The notes under the pieces were generated by a model. It saw nothing but the letters and a program-made list of their open reading frames with translations, ran no database searches and had not been told where the DNA came from. From Octopus sinensis (lineage: Eukaryota), in assembly GCF_006345805.1 (NCBI RefSeq), contig NC_043018.1:26908001-26972000 (forward strand): a stretch of DNA of 64,000 bases, in the 5' to 3' direction. Shown here in pieces: positions 12,649-25,776 of the stretch; positions within the stretch are counted from its first letter, which is position 1, and the number at the start of each line of letters is the position of its first letter. The translations under genes and the position numbers were made by a program.

Positions 12649-13334
12649 GTTGTCGTAGAATTGTCGTTGCTGTTCTTGTGACATTGTTCTTCAGTTACAA
12701 GTCAAACTCCATGGAACAGGATTATGAGCCAAAAACCTCTCCCGTTGTGACCAACCCCATAGATTTATTGGGTATATCTGAGACAACTTTGTACCCTTCA
12801 AGACGATCAGATGTGATTTGAGAAATATTTCGCTGCTATTTCTAAGAGATCAAGCGACCACGTAGTGGTGGTAGTGGTGAAATTTCGTATGGTTGTTAGA
12901 GAGTTGAACAAAATAGCTAGCGGCATTTACTCAACGATCCTAATTTCCGAGATCGAATCCGTCTGAGGTTAACTTTGCCATTCAATCTTCCCAGTATCGA
13001 AAAACTAAAATATAATTTAAATACCCGAGTGTGAGAGGTGTCAATATAATCGGCTGTACCTTCCCTCCCCAAATGGGTGACCTTATGTCAAAGTAAAAAA
13101 CCAGTTTTGGCTATCGTACATTTTCATTATGCTGTGCATAAACACACCTCAACATTTATCATATTCTCTACCACACCTCCCCCCACACATGCTTCTCAAG
13201 GACTCGTTGTGTTTCTCCATATCTCACTCATTGCTTTCTCTTACACTCTCTGTATCTCTGTCTCTTTTGATCTCTCTCCTTGTTCTTATCCTGAGAGAAA
13301 AGCCACATGTCTGATTTCTTGAGATCAAAATTTA

Positions 13335-13394
13335 TAAATAATAATAACAATAATAGTAATAATAATAACAATAATAGTAATAATAATAACAATA

Positions 13395-13427
<33 letters not shown>

Positions 13428-14474
13428 ATAATAGTAATAATAATAACAATAATAGTAATAATAATAACAATAATAGTAATAATAATAATAATAATAGTAA
13501 TATAATAACAATAATAGTAATATAATAATAATAATAATAATAGTAATATAATAACAATAATAGTAATATAATATAATAGTAATAATAATAATAATAGTAA
13601 TAATATATAATAATAATAGTAATAATAATAATAATAATAGTAATAATAATAATAGTAATATAATAAATAATAGTATAATAATAATATAGTAATATATAAT
13701 AGTAATAATATAATAGTAATAATATAATAATAGTAATAATAATAATAGTAATAAAATAATAATAGTAATAATAATAATAGTAATATAATAATAGTAATAA
13801 TAATAATAATAGTAATAATAATAGTAATAATAATAATACTAATAATAATAATATAATAGTAATAATAATAATAATAATAATAATAGTAATAATAATAATA
13901 ATAGTAATATAATAATAATATAATAGTAATAATATCATAGTAATAATAATAATAATAAGTAATAATAATAATAGTATAATAATAATATAATAATAATAAT
14001 AATAGTAATAATAATAATAGTAATAATAATAATATGTAATAATAATAATAGTAATAATAATAATAATAGTATAATATAATAATAATAGTAATAATAATAT
14101 AATAATAATAATAATAGTAATAATAATAATAATAATAATAATAGTATAATAATTAATAGTAATAATATCAATAGTAATAATAATAATATATAGTAATAAT
14201 AATAATATAATAATAATAGTAATAATAATAATATGTAATAATAATAATAATAGTAATAATAATAATACTAATAATAATAATATATAGTAATAATAATAGT
14301 AATAAAATAATAATAGTAATAATAATACTAATAGTATAAATAATAGTATAATAATATAATAATAATAGTAATAATAAATAATAGTAATAATAATAAGTAA
14401 TAATAATAGTAATAATAATAATAGTAATATAATAATAGTAATAAAATAATAATAATAGTATAATAATAATAATA

Positions 14475-14505
<31 letters not shown>

Positions 14506-14802
14506 TATAATAATAATAATAATAATAATAGTAATAATAATATTAATAGTAATAATATCAATAGTAATAATAATAATAATAATAGTAATATAATAATAAT
14601 AATAATAATAATAGTAATAATAATAATAGTAATAATAATAATAATATAATAATATTAATATTAATAATATTAATAATAATAATATATAGTAATAATAATA
14701 GTAATAATAATAATAATAGTAATAATAATAATAATAGTAATAATAATAGTAATAATAATAGTAATAATAATAGTAGTAATAATAATAGTAATAATAATAA
14801 TA

Positions 14803-14845
<43 letters not shown>
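13335..14845. repeat. (AAT)n/(AGT) trinucleotide microsatellite, ~1.5 kb
   Basis: Direct reading; source of poly-Y/L/I/N ORFs. Confidence 0.97.
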
Positions 14846-15060
14846 TTAATAAAAATAATGATAAATAAATAAAAACAAAAATACAACTCCGAAACTACTT
14901 GTATTATCAAACATGAAGGTCTTAGTAGACCGACATCTGTTCATAGTCACAGGATGACAGCGAAGCAGCGATAATAATAATCCTTTCTACTATAGGCTCA
15001 AGGACTAAAATTGGTGGGAAGAAGGTAAGCCGACCACATCGATGCAGAATAAGAATAATC

Positions 15061-15605
15061 CTTTCTTTATTAACCACAGAGGGTTTACATAAAAAACAAA
15101 AGGGACTGCACAAGTACAATGAGGGGTCACATGAAAAGCGTGTAAACAATGACAAACTAAAACAATAATTAAATATAACGATAAATTATTTTTTAAATCT
15201 GTAGGTCAAAAGGTAAAGATCCAAAAAAGGTCAGTGAATAACATCAATGTACCAAATTTGAAAATTTTCACTTAATTTTAAAATTTCAATAAGTGTGGGC
15301 CAATCAGAAAATATGCTGTGTTTGTATATTGTACCATGTGCTTTTACTAATAATTGTGTTGCTAACATATAATGATAAAAGGCTACAACGTTTTAGGTGA
15401 AAGTATAGCCAATGATATCGGTTGCTGTATTCGACCGGTACTTTATACCTCCTAGGACTGATCGTGAAACTCCCACGAGTCCACAAACGCCCTGATCACC
15501 AGAGTAGTGCCCTTTCCGCTTTACCTACAGGCGCATGTTTAGAGTAGGCCCCGTTCACTCGGGTCAGTCTTGCGACATTCACCCACCTTTTAACAAGGTT
15601 GCTGC
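15061..15605 (-). mobile_element. 5'-truncated Tx1 element (third subfamily): ORF2 tip plus 3' UTR
   Basis: Minus strand encodes KRWVNVARLTRVNGA (compare RWKDVARKLRMKVTT and IWKRVARLLRVRGAT); ends accctctgtggttaataaagaaa. Confidence 0.7.
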
Positions 15606-16229
15606 GGGGCTACACATAACGAAAATGCAACAGAAAGCCCTGATCGATAGTCGGGTCAGCGGTAGTTCGTTACTGTTTCATAATGGTTCCTGTATGCATC
15701 ATTCCATATGTGCCGCAGACGAAGGTGACGAAATCGAGTGTGGGGGTTACTACCAGGCAAATTGAGGTACATCTTAAATTCACGCCAACGGCGCTTTCTT
15801 TTAAGAGCAGACAGCGACATTTTAAACATACACACAACCGTTGTTGATGTGTTTTCGTCCCCGTAACTTAGCGGTTCGGCAAATAGAATAAGTATAGTAT
15901 AGAACAAATATAGAATAAGTCCTGGAGTCGACTAAAGGTGGTACTCCAGCATGGCCGAAGTCAAATGACCGAAACAAGAACACACACACACACAGACTGC
16001 AGCTAGGGCGTATGATTACGAAGTTCCCTTCGCAGTCACATGATTTGGGGATCGGTTTCATTGCACGGCAGACTGGGCAAGAGTCTTCGCTGTAGCCCCC
16101 GGGCCTAAAAACGCCTCATGAGTGAATATGATGCTCAGAAACTGAAGAAACTCTTTCGCATATCCGCGTATCAGGGGGAGCGGTTCGACAGAAGAGATCG
16201 TCAGAAAAAAGTACTAAGCTTGAAATAAG

Positions 16230-17887
16230 TAAAAATGCCAAAGTTTACTTCTTGAGTCACACCGACTCCTAAGAGTCAGTTTCTCTGTTTCCATGGCGAC
16301 ATATTCCCCGCCTGGACGGGGCGCTGGTCCCTTGCAGGATAACTCATTCTTGCCAGCTGTGTGGATTGGAGCAACGTGAAAATGAAGTGTTTTGCTCAAG
16401 AACACAATGCACTGCGCGATCCATGAATCGAAACCGCAATCTTACGATCATGAGTTTAACACCCTAACCCAGTGTTTCTCAACCTTTTTACCCTTGCGTA
16501 ACCCTTAAAATAAATTACATGTCTCAAGGAAACCCTGCACAAAAAATATATATATACCATATCTTTCTCATCGTAGTTCACGTGGTAAATATTATACATA
16601 CATACCATACATACATGCATACCATACATGCATGCATACCATACATACATACATGCATACCATACATACATACATGCATACCATACATACATGCATGCAT
16701 ACCATACATACATGCATGCATACCATACATACATGCATGCATACCATACATACATGCATGCATACCATACATACATGCATGCATACCATACATACATGCA
16801 TGCATACCATACATACATGCATGCATACCATACATACATGCATGCATACCATACATACATGCATGCATACCATACATGCACGCATATCATACATACATGC
16901 ATGCATACATGCACGCATATCATACATGCATGCATACATGCGTACCATACATGCATGCATACCATGCATACCATACATGCATACATACATGCATACATGC
17001 ATACATACATGCATACATGCATACATACATGCATACCATACAAGCATGCATACCATACATGCATACCATACATACCTGCATGCATACCATACATGCATGC
17101 ATACCATACATACATAGCATACATACCTGCATGCATACCATACATGCATACCATACATGCATGCATACCATACATGCATACCATACATGCATACCATACA
17201 TGCATACCATACATGCATGCATGCATACCATACATGCATGCATGCATACCATACATGCATACCATACATGCATGCATGCATACCATACATGCATGCATAC
17301 CATACATGCATACCATACATACATGCATGCATACCATACATGCATGCATGCATACCATACATGCATGCATACCATACATACATGCATGCATACCATACGT
17401 ACATACCATACATACATGCATGCATACCATACATGCATGCATACCATACATGCATGCATGCATACCATACATGCATGCATACCATACATGCATGCATACC
17501 ATACATACATGCATACCATACATACATACATACATACATACATACATACATACATACATACATACATACATACATACATACATACATACATACATACATA
17601 CATACATACATACATACATACATACATACAGTGTCCATAAAGTACAGACATCACTTTATATCCCCAGTGATTGTTACATCTTTTGATAACATAATAGGTT
17701 AGATAGGATGATGTCTATATTACAATAACCAAAATATGTTGGGCATGTATAGTAATATTATGATCATGATATTAGCATTAGCTTACCGCTTTCTCACAGA
17801 ACCCCAAGGAACCTTTGCGGAACCCTAGGGTTCTGGGCTACCTCGGTTGAGAAACGCTGCCCTAACCACTCAGCCACGCACCCCACA
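16230..17887 (-). mobile_element. SINE family 3 split by a hAT MITE
   Basis: Body 16230-16469; head resumes after the TSD (actcagccacgcacc, 17868-17887). Confidence 0.75.
16470..17859. mobile_element. hAT (Charlie-type) MITE carrying a ~1-kb CATA/CATG/CATAC compound microsatellite
   Basis: TIR cagtgtttctcaacc / ggttgagaaacgctg; 8-bp TSD ccctaacc; repeat at 16594-17630. Confidence 0.88.
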
Positions 17888-18053
17888 CCTTCAAATAAAT
17901 ACTGGGATGCGAAATATGTGACTAACCCTACAAGATGATGCTCCAGTGTGGTCGCAGTCCATGACAAACAAGTAAAAGACAGTGTGTGTGTGTGTGTGCG
18001 TGATTATTCTATGTGTGAGTATGTGCATGAATGTCTGAGAGTGGTAATATACC

Positions 18054-18277
18054 GATTTCTTTACTACCCACAAGGGGATAAACACAGAGAGGACAAACAA
18101 GGACAGACAAACGGATTAAGTCGATTATATCGACCCCAGTGCGTAACTGGTACTTATTTAATCGACCCCGAAAGGATGAAAGGCAAAGTCGACCTCGGCG
18201 GAATTTGAACTCAGAACGTAGCGACAGACGAAATACGGCTACGCATTTCGCCCGGCGTGCTAACGATACTGCCAGCT
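18054..18277 (-). mobile_element. SINE family 1
   Basis: Near-full copy matching 1068-1298. Confidence 0.88.
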
Positions 18278-18473
18278 TCCTCGTTAGCTGTGCGTAGCCA
18301 TTCATCTGTTCTCTGAAGAATATTGCTTCACAAACATACCCCTGGACCTCCTTCACCTCCACATCAGCTCAGCAACACATCTTAGTTACATTTTATATTT
18401 AGAAATCTGCGTACAACAGTGTCGCTCACCTTGGAATAATTTGGAAGTAACCATTGATACACACACACACACC

Positions 18474-18505
<32 letters not shown>

Positions 18506-18570
18506 ATATGGGTGCATGCGTGTGTCTACGTGCGCGTATGTTAATATTTCAGAGTATGCATGCATGTGTG

Positions 18571-18609
<39 letters not shown>

Positions 18610-20030
18610 TTGTGTGTACGTATACACATCTATATAAAGTATATGAATATTATGCGTGTGTGCGTATGTTATAAATATATATAGATACACACATACACGT
18701 TTAAAGTATGTCATTGGTACGTATATCAAATGTATGACACACACGTGTAAAAATGTATATGTATGTATATTATGATATGTCAGTGTGAATGTGTATATTT
18801 CATGAACGAGTGTGTATATTCATACACACATGATTGATAAAGCAGAAGAGATAAAATGGCGACAAGTACAGGGAAAATAACTTAACAAAAATGGAATCGA
18901 TAGCGGGGTCAGTGACCGCAAAAATAAAGTATGGAAGGCCACATTGCCAAAACATTCGCTACCACTAGAAGTAAAGCACCAACAAGCTAATCATAAACAT
19001 TTCCAATGCGCATAAATCAATTATCTATATAATGGAATAGATAGAACAGCAGCTTCCATTTCTCACTTTGAGGAATGGTCAGATGTAGGCAAGGGAGTTA
19101 ATCACGCACAGGGAGGGAGCTTGATTTGGATACCTTTGTGACGATAGAATTTTAATGAAGATTCATTTGAGAAATGATGTAAGAACGATATTTACTTGAT
19201 TATTAATACGGCCATCTATTATATATTAATGAACATGTTACAATGTTGAAGATGGTTATAATAGAAGTACTTACCATATAGAAGATATATACAACTTCGC
19301 TGAATTGCTTGCGTATACACATATTGTTTGCAGATGCAGTAAAATATTCATTTATGGTTCATTGGTTCATTGTGTATGTTAATAGTTTAGTTTCATCTCT
19401 GTAACTGCAAGAGAAAGATAAAATAAAGGACTGTAGACAGATAGAAATGATAAAATGTCTATGTTCGCCCGCATAGTGAGAAACCTAGCTTCCCGGTCAT
19501 TCGGCCAAAAGGGGTCGACTGATATTTGCTTGTGTATTTGTATTGTTACTAAAGCAGGTCGAGTTAAACAATAAGGTTCTTCATCCCTAATCAGGGTTGA
19601 CCCGAGAATGCCTCGAGAAAGATCAAGTGGTCAGTGTTTTTCTCAATCTCTCAGTGCAACTGGTGAAAACAATAGGCTGAGAACTTATTTGACAATGTGG
19701 ATTCAGTTTCGAATTTTAGCGAAGCTATTTTGTAGCTGTTTGTTATACTTCCTAAAGAATGGATTCTCTTAAAGGCATAATGTAATGGTCACTGGAAAAT
19801 CTAGCATTTTGGGAAGTGCGCACCATTTATGTTGGCTGTTTAGCTCAAGACCACCATTGATTGAAGAGATCTATGATCAAAAGGCGTTCTAGTTATGACA
19901 ACTCCATCTTTCACTCGAACGTGGCACATCACACAATGTAGAGCTCTTCGCTCAATTTTTTCAAATAGGCAGTGTCTGATTTGAACATTTGGCTGTTATT
20001 TCCAGCAGATCAACCGACCATGCAAATTAA

Positions 20031-20980
20031 TAATTTTTTGTAACTAAACACTTTCAAACTTCGGACACTGGTAGAATGTGTCATATAAAACACCCTTAAC
20101 TCTTAGCATTTTTGAGAAAAACTTATATTTACGAAGTTATTTCACATTAAAGCTCTCGTATTTCGGTAATTTCAACCAATCAATGATGTGTATTCAGCTG
20201 AATAAACTTACTGCCGTTGTTTGTCAACAACTATCGGCTGTGTATATTTTGTTTGTCACTGTTATTTATGACATCGTTCGTGCGTTTGTACTGGTTTTAG
20301 GGTTAGGGTTTTCATAAATAACAGTGACAAGCAAAATATACACCGTCGGAAGTTCTTGTTGACAAGCAACAGCAGTAATTTTATTCAGCTGAATACACGT
20401 CATTGATTGGTTGAAATTACCGAAATAGGACAACTTTAACGTGAAATAACTTCGTAAAAATATAAGTTTTTCTCAAAAATGCTAAGAGTAAAAGATGTAG
20501 ATCTTTTCGGTTTGAACGGCAGTTTTTAACATAATTTCGAGGTAACTAAAAAATGTTAAACTTCGTATACTGGTAGAATGTGTTTATAAAACATCCTTTT
20601 CTCTTGGCTTTATTGAGAAAATTCTATAATTTGTAAGATATTTGCTGTTTTTTTCTTCAATTTCTGCAATTTCAACCAATCAATGACGTCCATTCAGGTA
20701 AATAACATTCTGTGCCGTATGAATATGTCCCTCGTTTAAGAAACAGATTGGGTTTATTTACATTTGTGAAGAAAAAACTATGCCCTTCCCTCACCCCTAG
20801 CCCTAACCCTAAAACAGATTGAAATGCAATAGATCGATACTAGGATCATAATTATGGGTGACAATTTCATATGACACCGCTAGAAAAAACTGCCGTTCAA
20901 ACCGAATTGATCCAAAGATGTTTTTATGACACATTCTACCAGTGTCCGAAGTTTGAAAGTGTTTAGTTACAAAAAATTAT
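20031..20980. mobile_element. Long palindromic MITE related to the GGATC family; host of a nested MITE
   Basis: Arms tgtaactaaacactttcaaacttcggacactggtagaatgtgtcat / atgacacattctaccagtgtccgaagtttgaaagtgtttagttaca; central ttagggttaggg. Confidence 0.8.
20499..20913. mobile_element. GGATC-type MITE nested in a related MITE
   Basis: Same TIRs as 3880-4292; TSD aaagatgt (20491-20498 / 20914-20921). Confidence 0.9.
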
Positions 20981-21972
20981 TTTTTAAATCTTTTTTTTTT
21001 TTTTACCCAATTAGCAAAACAGGAATTGGAAACTGGCATTTTGTGCGTGATGGCATTACAACGACAAAACATTCAACGATGGAAGTTTAAATAAATTTTT
21101 TTAATGAATAAATTCGTATGAAATTGGAACTGGTATGTAAACAATATAAAAAGGTAAAATCCTCAAGGATTTTATTTTTGCACAAAAATTACAGAAAGAA
21201 AAAAAATATACTGAACGTTAAATTACAAAAAAAAAAAAAGCTGTAGTTCATTTCATGTAAACAATACATTTAACAACTGATGTTGATGCGTTTATGTCCC
21301 CGTAACTTAGCGGTTCGGCAAAAAAAGACCGATAGGTAAATAACATTCTGTGCCGTATGAATATGTCCCTCGTTTAAGAAACAGATTGGGTTTATTTACA
21401 TTTGTGAAGAAAAAACTATGCCCTTCCCTCACCCCTAGCCCTAACCCTAAAACAGATTGAAATGCAATAGATCGATACTAGGATCATAATTATGGGTGAC
21501 AATTTCATATGACACCGCTAGAAAAAACTGCCGTTCAAACCGAATTGATCCAAAGATGTTTATGACACATTCTACCAGTGTCCGAAGTTTGAAAGTGTTT
21601 AGTTACAAAAAATTATTTTTTAAATCTTTTTTTTTTTTTTTACCCAATTAGCAAAACAGGAATTGGAAACTGGCATTTTGTGCGTGATGGCATTACAACG
21701 ACAAAACATTCAACGATGGAAGTTTAAATAAATTTTTTTAATGAATAAATTCGTATGAAATTGGAACTGGTATGTAAACAATATAAAAAGGTAAAATCCT
21801 CAAGGATTTTATTTTTGCACAAAAATTACAGAAAGAAAAAAAATATACTGAACGTTAAATTACAAAAAAAAAAAAAGCTGTAGTTCATTTCATGTAAACA
21901 ATACATTTAACAACTGATGTTGATGCGTTTATGTCCCCGTAACTTAGCGGTTCGGCAAAAAAAGACCGATAG
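20696..21972. repeat. Near-perfect 638-bp tandem duplication
   Basis: aggtaaataacattctgtgcc starts at 20696 and 21334; visible differences are homopolymer lengths. Confidence 0.92.
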
Positions 21973-22248
21973 AATAAACACTAAGCTTACAAATAATAAA
22001 TCCTGGGGTCAATTTATTCGAGTAAAGGTGGTGCTCCAGCATGGTCGCAATCAAATGACAAACAAGTAAAAGAATGAAATAATATAGTTCTACAGATTCT
22101 AGCTTTCCTGGTGAGCATTATTAATTCAGTAATAACTTGCCGAGGTCGTCTTTGCCCGTCATACTTTCGGGGTCGATAAATTAAGGACCAGTTGCGAATT
22201 GGGGTCGATCTAATCGACCGCTCCCCCTCGCCAAAATTTCGGGCTTTG

Positions 22249-22660
22249 GGATCTTTTCGGTTTGAACGGCAGTTTTTAAAATAATTTCTAGGTAACTAAA
22301 AAATTTTAAACTTCGTATACTGGTAGAATGTGTTAATAAAACATCTTTTTCTCTTGGCTTTGAGAAAATTCTATGGTTTGTAAGATATTTATTGTTGTTT
22401 TTTTCAACAATTTCTGCAATTTCAACCAATCACTGACGTCTATTGAGGTAAAAAACATTCTGTGCTGTATGGATATGCCCCTCGTTTAAGAAACTGATTG
22501 GGTTTATTTACATTTGTGAAGAAAAAAAAGATACCCTTCCCCCCACCCCTAACCCTAAAACAGATTGAAATGCAATAGATCGATACTAGGGTCATAATTA
22601 TGGGTGACAATTTCATATGACACCGCTAGAAAAAAACTGCCGTCCAAACCGAAATGATCC
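22249..22660. mobile_element. GGATC-type MITE inserted in a SINE fragment
   Basis: TIRs as above; TSD gggctttg (22241-22248 / 22661-22668). Confidence 0.92.
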
Positions 22661-23405
22661 GGGCTTTGTGCCTAGAGTAGAAAATAATTTATTAATTCGG
22701 TAATAACTTGTGTGCGAATTATTATTAGTAACAAAGGCCTCAGTTTCTAAAATTATGTTATATAAAAATGGGAAAACAAAGTCAGGTATTATGTTTAAAT
22801 ACCTCGTAGCTTTGCTGGCTCATGAATTCCCACAGACAGAAGTTACACAAGTAAATCAAGTCTTCGCAATAGCTATAAACCGAGGGAAAATTCGAAAATA
22901 AATAAAGCTTCTTTGTCATCAGAAGTTTGCTTTTAAAAGTCTCAATAAATACTATCAAAACACAACCTTGAAACACGTATTTTTGAAATGTAAACACATA
23001 CACAAATTCCACTACGAAAACTTCTTAAATATCTTACCTGTTAAACTGAAACATCTGCTTCACATACATGTGTCTATATTCTGATGTAATCCGTTATCGA
23101 ATTACACAAATATGAAAAAAAAAAATGGACATACTGAGCTAGAAAGAACAAAATATCTCTCTATATATAAACATCTAGCGATAAAAATATCATAAAACCA
23201 GCGAAGTTAAAATGAAATCTTTATTATGATCAGGACGATCTTATATAGAATGGGACAACACAGACCAGCGAAGATTAAATGGTTGCCTCGTTAAATAAAC
23301 CCTTCTTAAAGCAGTTGTTATTGACTAAACAAATAAAAATGGACCAGTCCACTTTAGCTGTTTTCGATTTCTTTTTGAAGCTTTTGTACTGAGGGTATTA
23401 TTATA

Positions 23406-23563
23406 TATTTCTTTACTACTCACAAGGGGCTAAACATAGAGGGGACAAACAAGGACAGTCAATGGGATTAAGTCGGTTATATCGACTCCAGTGCGAAACT
23501 GGTACATTTCGACCCCGAAAGGATGAAAGGCAAAGTCGACCTCGGCGGAATTTGAACTCAGAA
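23406..23563 (-). mobile_element. SINE family 1, 5'-truncated
   Basis: Tail and central domain present. Confidence 0.82.
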
Positions 23564-23836
23564 TGTCTCCCTTAGCGAAGGCAGAGATATTGTTTCAGTC
23601 GTGTTTGCTTGTTTGTCCGTGGACAAGATATCTCAAGAACCGCTGGATGGATTCGGATGAAACCTTCAGGGATGTTTGGTTTTATTATTACTGGCATTAT
23701 TCTCTCTCACAATCTCGGGTATTCATCCTCGGAATCACTAAGTTGTTTTTCGACCAATTTCTCCACCCACCGCCTCGCTCATGCACCTCTTCTCTTCTTC
23801 TTTTGGCTTCTCAACACAAGCCATAATTATGGCTTT

Positions 23837-24466
23837 GGATATTTTCCTTTTGAACGGCAGACAATTTCTAGTTAACTAAACACTTTAAAACTTCGTATAC
23901 TGGTAGAATGTGTCAAAATAAAACATTTTTGTCTCTTGGCTTTCTTGAGAAAATTGTAATTTGTTTGTTTAACGTAGTTTAATTTTTCGAATTTTAACCA
24001 ATCCCATGCTCTCTTTTGAGCTAAAATCATTTGCTGCGTCTAAAACTGAGACAACATCATACACACGCTTTCCGTATACGTACGGAAAGCGTGTGTATAA
24101 AATTATAAAATTATTTTGTTTGTTAATTGTTTAAATCATTTTCCATTGCCTTCGGTTTTTTTTACACGCGTAACAATTAAATTAATTTAACAATCAAGAA
24201 AAAAAATTAGGGTTAGGGTTAGTTATAGGATGTTGTCTCAGTTTTAGACGCAGCAAATGATTTTAGTTGAATGGAGGTAATCGATTGGTTAAAATTGCCG
24301 AAATGCTCGGATTTTCAGACGAAATATCTTACAAACTATAGAATTTTCTCAATAAAGCCAAGAGAAAAAGATGTTTTATAAACACATTCTACCAGTATAC
24401 GAAGTTTAAAAGTGTTTAGTTACCTAGAAATTATGTTGACATCTGCCGTTCAAAAGGAAAAGATCC
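23837..24466. mobile_element. Palindromic MITE of the GGATC family (long-arm variant)
   Basis: ggatattttccttttgaacggcaga / tctgccgttcaaaaggaaaagatcc; long inverted arms; internal ttagggttaggg; TSD unclear. Confidence 0.8.
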
Positions 24467-24889
24467 AACTTTAACTCCTCGACACAACAACGCAATCCAA
24501 CCAAATCACAAAAATCACTCCAACACAGTTGAACTTTCAGGGGATGCTTGATTTTATTATTGCCCTTGCAGGCGCACAAAGAGGGGGGGGAAACACAATA
24601 TGAACGGGGCCGTACACAATCAATTTTACCTTTCATCGTTTCAGGAGGTGATAAAATAAGTATCAGTTGAAAACTGGGGTGACTGTTATCGGCTTAACCA
24701 CTCCTTTAAAATTGCTGGCCTTGTGCCAAAATTTGAACCCATGATTTAATTTTAAAACGGAAAGTGATATTTAAAAAAAAATTCTGTTTCTATTTTACAC
24801 AAAAACATTTTAAATTACAAATTTCGCCACGCAAAAATAATTAAACCATATCTATTAAAACGACGAAAAAGAAAAAAAAAAGGGGAAAA

Positions 24890-25610
24890 GGCGCAAGTTT
24901 GACTGTGTGGTAAGAAAGTTGCTTTCTAACCACATGGTTCCGGGTTCAGTCCCACTGTGCGGCACATTTTCCCTTCTATTATAGCCTCCGACCGGCAAAG
25001 GCCTTGTGAATGGATATATATATATATATATATATAAATAAGTACCTTGTTTACCAACCGCATGGCTCCGGGTTCAGTCCCACTGCGTGGCACCTTGGGC
25101 AAGTGTCTTCTACTATAGCCTCGGGCCGACCAAAGCCTTGTGAGTGGATTTGGTAGACGGAAACTGAAAGAAGCACGTCGCATATATGTATTTATTTATA
25201 TTATATGCATGTGTGTGTTTGTGTGCCTGTGTTTGTCCCCCTAGCATTGCTTGACAACCGATGCTGGTGTGTTTATGTCTCCGTTACTTAGCGGTTCGGC
25301 AAAAGAGACCGATGGAATAAGTACAAGGCTTACAAAAGAATAAGTCCCGGGGTCGAGTTGCTCGATTAAAGGCGGTGCTCCAGCATGGCCGCAGTCAAAT
25401 GACTGAAACAAGTAAAAGAGAGAGTAAAAGAGAGAGTATGCCTTTGTGTCTGAGTTTGTCTCCCACCTCCGCATGATAACCGGTGTTGGTGCGTTTTCGT
25501 CCCCGTGATTTAGCTGTTCGGCGAAGCGAACGAGACTGAAATATTTTTCGAGGTGATGCCCCAGCATAGCCGCAGTCTAATGGCTGATGCACAAATGGAA
25601 GAAAATAAAA
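24890..25610 (+). mobile_element. Cluster of SINE family 2 copies (partial, near-full, tail)
   Basis: Repeated head, CORE-like and tail segments. Confidence 0.8.
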
Positions 25611-25776
25611 GATAAATGGAATAGGTAAAATTTATTTTCTAAATTTTATGAAGGCCGTCAATGAAGAAATGAATGTCTCACAAGTGGTGATGAGTAATGA
25701 ATTGACCACAATTTTTGTCGTCTCAAAGCAAGGGAAACAAGACAATTGCTCGCGGCCTCACGTGCCTTGGGATTAA

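Noticed and set aside
13228-14910. 560-aa poly-Y/L/I ORF
   Set aside because: Translation of the (AAT)n microsatellite.
16456-17702. Several overlapping 160-390-aa Cys/His/Met-rich ORFs
   Set aside because: Open in many frames because the CATA/CATG repeats lack stop codons; inside a MITE.
20295-20312. Interstitial telomere or chromosome-fusion site
   Set aside because: Only about two TTAGGG units, located inside MITE copies.
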